This document shows, one piece after another, positions 11,737 through 24,099 of a DNA stretch of 64,000 nucleotides. The stretch comes from Dudresnaya verticillata (taxonomy: Eukaryota): positions 2,294,001-2,358,000 of the forward strand of contig OZ374559.1 of assembly GCA_977862235.1 (NCBI GenBank), read 5' to 3'. The position numbers were made by a program, and so were the translations under genes. The notes under the pieces are model-generated. The model worked only from the letters and a program-made list of their open reading frames with translations, ran no database searches and was not told the DNA's origin. Position 1 is the stretch's first letter; every line of letters begins with the position of its first letter.

Positions 11737-12150
11737 CTAACAATAGTAGTAATACCAATAGCAGTAGCGGTAGCAATAGCACCGGTACGGAGAACAGATA
11801 CACCTGTAGCGGCAGATAACACGCCTGCAAAGCCCACGAGATGTGGCCTGAAGCGACTGCTTCTCGTTCACGGTAAGGCTACGAACAAGCTCCTCGTTCT
11901 TGCCGGCGCTTTCCTGAAGCATTCTGGTGGAGGTCTTCGTCTTGGAAATGAAACAGCAGGTCTTACCCATAGATCCATCGATCGACAACTCTGAGTTGAA
12001 TACATGGCAGTGGGAGTATTCGTCCTTGGCACATTCTTTGGCGGCCTTACCCTCGTCGTCGCCTTCATGGATTTTGCATGGGCAGTCGGGAGTGGCTGTG
12101 GCGACAGCGAAGAGGGCGAGCAAGAGGGCGAGCAAGAAGAACTTGTTCAT
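11737..12150 (-). CDS. Secreted Cys-rich precursor, copy 2 (T57I variant)
   Basis: Same ORF as copy 1 except G>A at 11981. Confidence 0.9.
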   Translation of the reverse strand: MNKFFLLALLLALFAVATATPDCPCKIHEGDDEGKAAKECAKDEYSHCHVFNSELSIDGSMGKTCCFISKTKTSTRMLQESAGKNEELVRSLTVNEKQSLQATSRGLCRRVICRYRCICSPYRCYCYRYCYWYYYYC

Positions 12151-15100
12151 GCTGAGAGGAGGTAGCGAACAACGGTTGGTAGTTGGTGGTGTAGGTGATG
12201 AGTGAACACTGAGCGTGCGAAGCTTGGTGCGTTTGAAAAGTGTTGAAACGCGTTCTACTGAGGTTGATGGGTCGTATATATACAGGTTTTGGTTTGGGGA
12301 CTACTCAGCATAGGGACATTGGGATAGGGATAGAATATTGATAGCGGTTGCGTTGCTGTTTCCTTGTGACAGGCACGGCTGGTATGCTATGAAGCGTTTT
12401 TAAGGCTTACAATGCGTATAATGCGTTCCCACGCGTGGCTCGACGGCTTGAGGGGACTCGGCGCTGGGCACTGGGGCTGCCTCATTACCAGCTCTGTAAA
12501 CTAAACACAACAGCGCATGTGAGGTGTTGTTGAAGATGTGATGATAGACCACGTCCCCCTCCAGAGTCAGTTGTTGTGAATATCATACCCCGCACGCAAC
12601 ATACACTCACTCCTTGAATCGCCACAATGAACGCAATCGACCAAGTTGGACAGAAATGAAGCTTGGCTGCAGGACTGACCGCAAATGCCAACACAACAGT
12701 GACGAAGATCGTGAGTGCGGGTCAGGCAGTTCGGCACACCAGCAATGACCTTGGCACTTGTTGTCGCGCTTTCCCATAAGTCACAGCTCTCTGAATTTGT
12801 TTTCATTGGATAGGCCTCTGCACCTGTTGCTTTCGGTAGGTACATTGCCGAGGCCGGAGGTTGGTTGGTCGTCGTCTACTACCACACGAGTTTGCCAGTA
12901 GACGTCCGGTAAAATACCCATTACCTGAAGCCACCGCGGTACATCAATTGGACAACGGGAGTTGTCTCTCCCATGAACCGGGTGGGGAACGATCATCGCC
13001 AACGTGAAGAAGACGAAGAGAGCGTATTAGCCGAGGCAGCGAGGATGGGAAAAGTTGAGATATACATGTATAGATATGTCTACATCGTCAAGTGAGTGAA
13101 GCTTTTAGACTGCCGTGGTTGGGTCCTGACAAGGTGGGGTTCCCCACTTTGTGCGCACTCCTCGCCGCTGCCCTCGGGGCACGACCACATGCCTTCCTAT
13201 TGACAATGACGCGTGATGCAGGCGCAGCATTACGGGCGATGTAGAGCGCCGATTTTGACTGTTGACCTGAAAGTGCATGAGCTGCTCCTCAGTCATTCCA
13301 ACAGTTCGTTTGTCTCAACAACCTGGTTATTGAGGTTGCACTCGGATAGGTGCATGAGTCTGTTGAACAAAATCACCTGCAACTGCAACTCTACAATTCT
13401 CTCGCCGAACGATGCCACAATTATTGCTTAACACACTGTGGTCAACTATCGAAATGAATCCTATCCCTCGATGAGTCACAGACCTTGATACCCATTCGAG
13501 CACGACGCAAGTATCAGTTTGTGTGTGTGTATGTGTGTGTTTGATGTTCTCCTTCGTCTCTAGCAACCAACCCAATTCGCATAAAGGAAGCATCCTGACC
13601 ATGATTCGATTAGGCAGCTCCGTTTCTTCGGTGTCAGTTTGTGTTCCCTTGAGGGCAGTCAAGTAAGCACCGGTAGCAGTGAACATACTCAGAAAAAATG
13701 TTCACAGTTCCGTCTCAAGTCAGATCGAATGTCTACAGCTCAGCGTTCTATTCATTCTATAAGCGAAGAGAGACCAGTACAGAGAAGGGGAGCGTTATCA
13801 ACATATCAACATATTGTTGCATTTGAATAGGTCTAAAGGGCCCTATGGCAGAACATCATTCAAGCTGTTCCGGAAGCTGTATTTATGTAGTATTGTTGTG
13901 AGTATAGGAAAATATCCTGATAACAAGCTTGCAGCTTTCTACATGAGCAGTCTGTATGAGTCTGTCGTTTTGTTGCATATATACTCATTTTTACGACCGC
14001 TATGACCACGCCCTTAGATTAATGGAGGGTAGCTCGTAACCCTCGCCTGATGTTCTCCATACTGCTTCAACTTTAATTGACAGGGCAAACTCGATACCTA
14101 TTATTGTTATTCGCACGCCTAAACCTGAAGTGTCATTTCTTTGTCTCCCTCTTTCCATTCGAGGCCTGCGCGAACGGAAGGAGCTCGATTAAGGAAATCC
14201 TACTGTGCTGTTATACTGCAAAATCTTATGAGCGAAGGGGCTACAAGGCACAACGATCAGCAAGGTAGTCGATCAGATGATGGAACCTCCGCATTTGTCG
14301 CTGTTATCATAAACGGAGAGCTCACTCACTTATCATAAACGGAGAGCTCACTCGAATTGATTTAGAGTTGCATTTGCCTCGCTGTGATTCATGGCAGTTC
14401 TCATCCATTCAGCCCCCTTGAAGGACTGCAGGTTATTCTTTGAGCAAAGTGTTGTACTACATAACTCATTCATTAATAATAACTGCTTGTGAGAATACAA
14501 ATCTTGCACTTGTGGTTCCGGCCACGATGGCAAGCAGGAAGGTCTACGGTACAACAGGCGCAATAAAATAGAGGTTGTCATTCCCATTCCTCCTCTGCAC
14601 AGTTTTTGATCCTCTTGTTTAGAGGTTCGAAAGTGCATAAACTGCGAGTAGAATACTAGGGACTGATAGGATTCCTTGGAAGTGAAACAATTTTCCCGTC
14701 TCAAATTCGCCTGTCCGCAGGGCTTTGAACAAAGAGGCTCAAAAGTCTCTTTACGCATGACGGCCGTGCCTAAACCGCCATTCAAGCCGCATTCAAACCC
14801 CGTTCGCCTCCAACCAATGTGTTAACATAAACAGGTCGTACGGTCGTACCAGCTCCACAGCCAACTCCCTTTTCCTCCGACAATTTTATTTCTCTTTCCA
14901 GACTACTCTCAAAGTCCTGGTCGAGTCCTGAGAAGGTAAAGCAAGTCATAGGGAAGTGGTAATTAGTGGTAAATGTGTTGGAATAAAATAAACGCAAGCA
15001 AGCGTCACCTTTATTTCAATCTATGGATCGATCCTAGGAAGGGAACGAATTGTTTAATCGGCACTAAACACTACAAGTGGCAGCAAGAAAACAAGCCGGA

Positions 15101-15719
15101 ACTTCAGTTCCGGTATTGTTAGATAGGGCGGTAGGTACTACACGTACCCTAGAAATACCGTTGAGAACCTGAAGTTTCCTTACTTGTTTCCACCCCCACA
15201 ACATACCGATATATTATACCACAGTGAAACACTGGATTTACGTCATAGGATTGCCATTTGTTTCAACGGCACGTACTATTGCCTATGCACCCCACCTGTC
15301 ATTCAGCCTGGATACAACGCCCTACGGAACCGCTTTCCTCAAGTTTACAACAACTCCTATCGTAAATATGCGGGGTAATCAGTGCAAAGTGCAGTGCAAA
15401 GTGCAGTGCGAACCCCCTAACGCAGTGCCCACCAAACAATCCAAGCCACTCTTTTTTTGCAGCCTACATTCTAAGAACGACATTGCTTTTAAATCCCGCA
15501 CTCCTACGACACAAGAAAGAAGAAACTGTTGAGACAGAGGCACGTCTATGTGTAACAATGATCAACTGAACTGAGCAGGTGATAGGTTATCGTCTCTTTA
15601 TCTTTGCTAGTTCAAAACCAGGCACTATCAAGACTTGTACTTGTCGAGACATATTGCCTTCTGTACCATTGGTAGCACTGGTTCTATTCGTACTATTGAC
15701 GTGGATCGACCTACGTGTT

Positions 15720-16133
15720 CTAACAATAGTAGTAATACCAATAGCAGTAGCGGTAGCAATAGCACCGGTACGGAGAACAGATACACCTGTAGCGGCAGAT
15801 AACACGCCTGCAAAGCCCACGAGATGTGGCCTGAAGCGACTGCTTCTCGTTCACGGTAAGGCTACGAACAAGCTCCTCGTTCTTGCCGGCGCTTTCCTGA
15901 AGCATTCTGGTGGAGGTCTTCGTCTTGGAAATGAAACAGCAGGTCTTACCCATAGATCCATCGATCGACAACTCTGAGTTGAATACATGGCAGTGGGAGT
16001 ATTCGTCCTTGGCACATTCTTTGGCGGCCTTACCCTCGTCGTCGCCTTCATGGATTTTGCATGGGCAGTCGGGAGTGGCTGTGGCGACAGCGAAGAGGGC
16101 GAGCAAGAGGGCGAGCAAGAAGAACTTGTTCAT
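15720..16133 (-). CDS. Secreted Cys-rich precursor, copy 3 (T57I variant)
   Basis: Same ORF as copy 1 except G>A at 15964. Confidence 0.9.
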   Translation of the reverse strand: MNKFFLLALLLALFAVATATPDCPCKIHEGDDEGKAAKECAKDEYSHCHVFNSELSIDGSMGKTCCFISKTKTSTRMLQESAGKNEELVRSLTVNEKQSLQATSRGLCRRVICRYRCICSPYRCYCYRYCYWYYYYC

Positions 16134-19100
16134 GCTGAGAGGAGGTAGCGAACAACGGTTGGTAGTTGGTGGTGTAGGTGATGAGTGAACACTGAGCGTG
16201 CGAAGCTTGGTGCGTTTGAAAAGTGTTGAAACGCGTTCTACTGAGGTTGATGGGTCGTATATATACAGGTTTTGGTTTGGGGACTACTCAGCATAGGGAC
16301 ATTGGGATAGGGATAGAATATTGATAGCGGTTGCGTTGCTGTTTCCTTGTGACAGGCACGGCTGGTATGCTATGAAGCGTTTTTAAGGCTTACAATGCGT
16401 ATAATGCGTTCCCACGCGTGGCTCGACGGCTTGAGGGGACTCGGCGCTGGGCACTGGGGCTGCCTCATTACCAGCTCTGTAAACTAAACACAACAGCGCA
16501 TGTGAGGTGTTGTTGAAGATGTGATGATAGACCACGTCCCCCTCCAGAGTCAGTTGTTGTGAATATCATACCCCGCACGCAACATACACTCACTCCTTGA
16601 ATCGCCACAATGAACGCAATCGACCAAGTTGGACAGAAATGAAGCTTGGCTGCAGGACTGACCGCAAATGCCAACACAACAGTGACGAAGATCGTGAGTG
16701 CGGGTCAGGCAGTTCGGCACACCAGCAATGACCTTGGCACTTGTTGTCGCGCTTTCCCATAAGTCACAGCTCTCTGAATTTGTTTTCATTGGATAGGCCT
16801 CTGCACCTGTTGCTTTCGGTAGGTACATTGCCGAGGCCGGAGGTTGGTTGGTCGTCGTCTACTACCACACGAGTTTGCCAGTAGACGTCCGGTAAAATAC
16901 CCATTACCTGAAGCCACCGCGGTACATCAATTGGACAACGGGAGTTGTCTCTCCCATGAACCGGGTGGGGAACGATCATCGCCAACGTGAAGAAGACGAA
17001 GAGAGCGTATTAGCCGAGGCAGCGAGGATGGGAAAAGTTGAGATATACATGTATAGATATGTCTACATCGTCAAGTGAGTGAAGCTTTTAGACTGCCGTG
17101 GTTGGGTCCTGACAAGGTGGGGTTCCCCACTTTGTGCGCACTCCTCGCCGCTGCCCTCGGGGCACGACCACATGCCTTCCTATTGACAATGACGCGTGAT
17201 GCAGGCGCAGCATTACGGGCGATGTAGAGCGCCGATTTTGACTGTTGACCTGAAAGTGCATGAGCTGCTCCTCAGTCATTCCAACAGTTCGTTTGTCTCA
17301 ACAACCTGGTTATTGAGGTTGCACTCGGATAGGTGCATGAGTCTGTTGAACAAAATCACCTGCAACTGCAACTCTACAATTCTCTCGCCGAACGATGCCA
17401 CAATTATTGCTTAACACACTGTGGTCAACTATCGAAATGAATCCTATCCCTCGATGAGTCACAGACCTTGATACCCATTCGAGCACGACGCAAGTATCAG
17501 TTTGTGTGTGTGTATGTGTGTGTTTGATGTTCTCCTTCGTCTCTAGCAACCAACCCAATTCGCATAAAGGAAGCATCCTGACCATGATTCGATTAGGCAG
17601 CTCCGTTTCTTCGGTGTCAGTTTGTGTTCCCTTGAGGGCAGTCAAGTAAGCACCGGTAGCAGTGAACATACTCAGAAAAAATGTTCACAGTTCCGTCTCA
17701 AGTCAGATCGAATGTCTACAGCTCAGCGTTCTATTCATTCTATAAGCGAAGAGAGACCAGTACAGAGAAGGGGAGCGTTATCAACATATCAACATATTGT
17801 TGCATTTGAATAGGTCTAAAGGGCCCTATGGCAGAACATCATTCAAGCTGTTCCGGAAGCTGTATTTATGTAGTATTGTTGTGAGTATAGGAAAATATCC
17901 TGATAACAAGCTTGCAGCTTTCTACATGAGCAGTCTGTATGAGTCTGTCGTTTTGTTGCATATATACTCATTTTTACGACCGCTATGACCACGCCCTTAG
18001 ATTAATGGAGGGTAGCTCGTAACCCTCGCCTGATGTTCTCCATACTGCTTCAACTTTAATTGACAGGGCAAACTCGATACCTATTATTGTTATTCGCACG
18101 CCTAAACCTGAAGTGTCATTTCTTTGTCTCCCTCTTTCCATTCGAGGCCTGCGCGAACGGAAGGAGCTCGATTAAGGAAATCCTACTGTGCTGTTATACT
18201 GCAAAATCTTATGAGCGAAGGGGCTACAAGGCACAACGATCAGCAAGGTAGTCGATCAGATGATGGAACCTCCGCATTTGTCGCTGTTATCATAAACGGA
18301 GAGCTCACTCACTTATCATAAACGGAGAGCTCACTCGAATTGATTTAGAGTTGCATTTGCCTCGCTGTGATTCATGGCAGTTCTCATCCATTCAGCCCCC
18401 TTGAAGGACTGCAGGTTATTCTTTGAGCAAAGTGTTGTACTACATAACTCATTCATTAATAATAACTGCTTGTGAGAATACAAATCTTGCACTTGTGGTT
18501 CCGGCCACGATGGCAAGCAGGAAGGTCTACGGTACAACAGGCGCAATAAAATAGAGGTTGTCATTCCCATTCCTCCTCTGCACAGTTTTTGATCCTCTTG
18601 TTTAGAGGTTCGAAAGTGCATAAACTGCGAGTAGAATACTAGGGACTGATAGGATTCCTTGGAAGTGAAACAATTTTCCCGTCTCAAATTCGCCTGTCCG
18701 CAGGGCTTTGAACAAAGAGGCTCAAAAGTCTCTTTACGCATGACGGCCGTGCCTAAACCGCCATTCAAGCCGCATTCAAACCCCGTTCGCCTCCAACCAA
18801 TGTGTTAACATAAACAGGTCGTACGGTCGTACCAGCTCCACAGCCAACTCCCTTTTCCTCCGACAATTTTATTTCTCTTTCCAGACTACTCTCAAAGTCC
18901 TGGTCGAGTCCTGAGAAGGTAAAGCAAGTCATAGGGAAGTGGTAATTAGTGGTAAATGTGTTGGAATAAAATAAACGCAAGCAAGCGTCACCTTTATTTC
19001 AATCTATGGATCGATCCTAGGAAGGGAACGAATTGTTTAATCGGCACTAAACACTACAAGTGGCAGCAAGAAAACAAGCCGGAACTTCAGTTCCGGTATT

Positions 19101-19702
19101 GTTAGATAGGGCGGTAGGTACTACACGTACCCTAGAAATACCGTTGAGAACCTGAAGTTTCCTTACTTGTTTCCACCCCCACAACATACCGATATATTAT
19201 ACCACAGTGAAACACTGGATTTACGTCATAGGATTGCCATTTGTTTCAACGGCACGTACTATTGCCTATGCACCCCACCTGTCATTCAGCCTGGATACAA
19301 CGCCCTACGGAACCGCTTTCCTCAAGTTTACAACAACTCCTATCGTAAATATGCGGGGTAATCAGTGCAAAGTGCAGTGCAAAGTGCAGTGCGAACCCCC
19401 TAACGCAGTGCCCACCAAACAATCCAAGCCACTCTTTTTTTGCAGCCTACATTCTAAGAACGACATTGCTTTTAAATCCCGCACTCCTACGACACAAGAA
19501 AGAAGAAACTGTTGAGACAGAGGCACGTCTATGTGTAACAATGATCAACTGAACTGAGCAGGTGATAGGTTATCGTCTCTTTATCTTTGCTAGTTCAAAA
19601 CCAGGCACTATCAAGACTTGTACTTGTCGAGACATATTGCCTTCTGTACCATTGGTAGCACTGGTTCTATTCGTACTATTGACGTGGATCGACCTACGTG
19701 TT

Positions 19703-20116
19703 CTAACAATAGTAGTAATACCAATAGCAGTAGCGGTAGCAATAGCACCGGTACGGAGAACAGATACACCTGTAGCGGCAGATAACACGCCTGCAAAGCC
19801 CACGAGATGTGGCCTGAAGCGACTGCTTCTCGTTCACGGTAAGGCTACGAACAAGCTCCTCGTTCTTGCCGGCGCTTTCCTGAAGCATTCTGGTGGAGGT
19901 CTTCGTCTTGGAAATGAAACAGCAGGTCTTACCCATAGATCCATCGGTCGACAACTCTGAGTTGAATACATGGCAGTGGGAGTATTCGTCCTTGGCACAT
20001 TCTTTGGCGGCCTTACCCTCGTCGTCGCCTTCATGGATTTTGCATGGGCAGTCGGGAGTGGCTGTGGCGACAGCGAAGAGGGCGAGCAAGAGGGCGAGCA
20101 AGAAGAACTTGTTCAT
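19703..20116 (-). CDS. Secreted Cys-rich precursor, copy 4
   Basis: Protein identical to copy 1. Confidence 0.9.
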   Translation of the reverse strand: MNKFFLLALLLALFAVATATPDCPCKIHEGDDEGKAAKECAKDEYSHCHVFNSELSTDGSMGKTCCFISKTKTSTRMLQESAGKNEELVRSLTVNEKQSLQATSRGLCRRVICRYRCICSPYRCYCYRYCYWYYYYC

Positions 20117-23100
20117 GCTGAGAGGAGGTAGCGAACAACGGTTGGTAGTTGGTGGTGTAGGTGATGAGTGAACACTGAGCGTGCGAAGCTTGGTGCGTTT
20201 GAAAAGTGTTGAAACGCGTTCTACTGAGGTTGATGGGTCGTATATATACAGGTTTTGGTTTGGGGACTACTCAGCATAGGGACATTGGGATAGGGATAGA
20301 ATATTGATAGCGGTTGCGTTGCTGTTTCCTTGTGACAGGCACGGCTGGTATGCTATGAAGCGTTTTTAAGGCTTACAATGCGTATAATGCGTTCCCACGC
20401 GTGGCTCGACGGCTTGAGGGGACTCGGCGCTGGGCACTGGGGCTGCCTCATTACCAGCTCTGTAAACTAAACACAACAGCGCATGTGAGGTGTTGTTGAA
20501 GATGTGATGATAGACCACGTCCCCCTCCAGAGTCAGTTGTTGTGAATATCATACCCCGCACGCAACATACACTCACTCCTTGAATCGCCACAATGAACGC
20601 AATCGACCAAGTTGGACAGAAATGAAGCTTGGCTGCAGGACTGACCGCAAATGCCAACACAACAGTGACGAAGATCGTGAGTGCGGGTCAGGCAGTTCGG
20701 CACACCAGCAATGACCTTGGCACTTGTTGTCGCGCTTTCCCATAAGTCACAGCTCTCTGAATTTGTTTTCATTGGATAGGCCTCTGCACCTGTTGCTTTC
20801 GGTAGGTACATTGCCGAGGCCGGAGGTTGGTTGGTCGTCGTCTACTACCACACGAGTTTGCCAGTAGACGTCCGGTAAAATACCCATTACCTGAAGCCAC
20901 CGCGGTACATCAATTGGACAACGGGAGTTGTCTCTCCCATGAACCGGGTGGGGAACGATCATCGCCAACGTGAAGAAGACGAAGAGAGCGTATTAGCCGA
21001 GGCAGCGAGGATGGGAAAAGTTGAGATATACATGTATAGATATGTCTACATCGTCAAGTGAGTGAAGCTTTTAGACTGCCGTGGTTGGGTCCTGACAAGG
21101 TGGGGTTCCCCACTTTGTGCGCACTCCTCGCCGCTGCCCTCGGGGCACGACCACATGCCTTCCTATTGACAATGACGCGTGATGCAGGCGCAGCATTACG
21201 GGCGATGTAGAGCGCCGATTTTGACTGTTGACCTGAAAGTGCATGAGCTGCTCCTCAGTCATTCCAACAGTTCGTTTGTCTCAACAACCTGGTTATTGAG
21301 GTTGCACTCGGATAGGTGCATGAGTCTGTTGAACAAAATCACCTGCAACTGCAACTCTACAATTCTCTCGCCGAACGATGCCACAATTATTGCTTAACAC
21401 ACTGTGGTCAACTATCGAAATGAATCCTATCCCTCGATGAGTCACAGACCTTGATACCCATTCGAGCACGACGCAAGTATCAGTTTGTGTGTGTGTATGT
21501 GTGTGTTTGATGTTCTCCTTCGTCTCTAGCAACCAACCCAATTCGCATAAAGGAAGCATCCTGACCATGATTCGATTAGGCAGCTCCGTTTCTTCGGTGT
21601 CAGTTTGTGTTCCCTTGAGGGCAGTCAAGTAAGCACCGGTAGCAGTGAACATACTCAGAAAAAATGTTCACAGTTCCGTCTCAAGTCAGATCGAATGTCT
21701 ACAGCTCAGCGTTCTATTCATTCTATAAGCGAAGAGAGACCAGTACAGAGAAGGGGAGCGTTATCAACATATCAACATATTGTTGCATTTGAATAGGTCT
21801 AAAGGGCCCTATGGCAGAACATCATTCAAGCTGTTCCGGAAGCTGTATTTATGTAGTATTGTTGTGAGTATAGGAAAATATCCTGATAACAAGCTTGCAG
21901 CTTTCTACATGAGCAGTCTGTATGAGTCTGTCGTTTTGTTGCATATATACTCATTTTTACGACCGCTATGACCACGCCCTTAGATTAATGGAGGGTAGCT
22001 CGTAACCCTCGCCTGATGTTCTCCATACTGCTTCAACTTTAATTGACAGGGCAAACTCGATACCTATTATTGTTATTCGCACGCCTAAACCTGAAGTGTC
22101 ATTTCTTTGTCTCCCTCTTTCCATTCGAGGCCTGCGCGAACGGAAGGAGCTCGATTAAGGAAATCCTACTGTGCTGTTATACTGCAAAATCTTATGAGCG
22201 AAGGGGCTACAAGGCACAACGATCAGCAAGGTAGTCGATCAGATGATGGAACCTCCGCATTTGTCGCTGTTATCATAAACGGAGAGCTCACTCACTTATC
22301 ATAAACGGAGAGCTCACTCGAATTGATTTAGAGTTGCATTTGCCTCGCTGTGATTCATGGCAGTTCTCATCCATTCAGCCCCCTTGAAGGACTGCAGGTT
22401 ATTCTTTGAGCAAAGTGTTGTACTACATAACTCATTCATTAATAATAACTGCTTGTGAGAATACAAATCTTGCACTTGTGGTTCCGGCCACGATGGCAAG
22501 CAGGAAGGTCTACGGTACAACAGGCGCAATAAAATAGAGGTTGTCATTCCCATTCCTCCTCTGCACAGTTTTTGATCCTCTTGTTTAGAGGTTCGAAAGT
22601 GCATAAACTGCGAGTAGAATACTAGGGACTGATAGGATTCCTTGGAAGTGAAACAATTTTCCCGTCTCAAATTCGCCTGTCCGCAGGGCTTTGAACAAAG
22701 AGGCTCAAAAGTCTCTTTACGCATGACGGCCGTGCCTAAACCGCCATTCAAGCCGCATTCAAACCCCGTTCGCCTCCAACCAATGTGTTAACATAAACAG
22801 GTCGTACGGTCGTACCAGCTCCACAGCCAACTCCCTTTTCCTCCGACAATTTTATTTCTCTTTCCAGACTACTCTCAAAGTCCTGGTCGAGTCCTGAGAA
22901 GGTAAAGCAAGTCATAGGGAAGTGGTAATTAGTGGTAAATGTGTTGGAATAAAATAAACGCAAGCAAGCGTCACCTTTATTTCAATCTATGGATCGATCC
23001 TAGGAAGGGAACGAATTGTTTAATCGGCACTAAACACTACAAGTGGCAGCAAGAAAACAAGCCGGAACTTCAGTTCCGGTATTGTTAGATAGGGCGGTAG

Positions 23101-23685
23101 GTACTACACGTACCCTAGAAATACCGTTGAGAACCTGAAGTTTCCTTACTTGTTTCCACCCCCACAACATACCGATATATTATACCACAGTGAAACACTG
23201 GATTTACGTCATAGGATTGCCATTTGTTTCAACGGCACGTACTATTGCCTATGCACCCCACCTGTCATTCAGCCTGGATACAACGCCCTACGGAACCGCT
23301 TTCCTCAAGTTTACAACAACTCCTATCGTAAATATGCGGGGTAATCAGTGCAAAGTGCAGTGCAAAGTGCAGTGCGAACCCCCTAACGCAGTGCCCACCA
23401 AACAATCCAAGCCACTCTTTTTTTGCAGCCTACATTCTAAGAACGACATTGCTTTTAAATCCCGCACTCCTACGACACAAGAAAGAAGAAACTGTTGAGA
23501 CAGAGGCACGTCTATGTGTAACAATGATCAACTGAACTGAGCAGGTGATAGGTTATCGTCTCTTTATCTTTGCTAGTTCAAAACCAGGCACTATCAAGAC
23601 TTGTACTTGTCGAGACATATTGCCTTCTGTACCATTGGTAGCACTGGTTCTATTCGTACTATTGACGTGGATCGACCTACGTGTT

Positions 23686-24099
23686 CTAACAATAGTAGTA
23701 ATACCAATAGCAGTAGCGGTAGCAATAGCACCGGTACGGAGAACAGATACACCTGTAGCGGCAGATAACACGCCTGCAAAGCCCACGAGATGTGGCCTGA
23801 AGCGACTGCTTCTCGTTCACGGTAAGGCTACGAACAAGCTCCTCGTTCTTGCCGGCGCTTTCCTGAAGCATTCTGGTGGAGGTCTTCGTCTTGGAAATGA
23901 AACAGCAGGTCTTACCCATAGATCCATCGGTCGACAACTCTGAGTTGAATACATGGCAGTGGGAGTATTCGTCCTTGGCACATTCTTTGGCGGCCTTACC
24001 CTCGTCGTCGCCTTCATGGATTTTGCATGGGCAGTCGGGAGTGGCTGTGGCGACAGCGAAGAGGGCGAGCAAGAGGGCGAGCAAGAAGAACTTGTTCAT
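23686..24099 (-). CDS. Secreted Cys-rich precursor, copy 5
   Basis: Protein identical to copy 1. Confidence 0.9.
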   Translation of the reverse strand: MNKFFLLALLLALFAVATATPDCPCKIHEGDDEGKAAKECAKDEYSHCHVFNSELSTDGSMGKTCCFISKTKTSTRMLQESAGKNEELVRSLTVNEKQSLQATSRGLCRRVICRYRCICSPYRCYCYRYCYWYYYYC

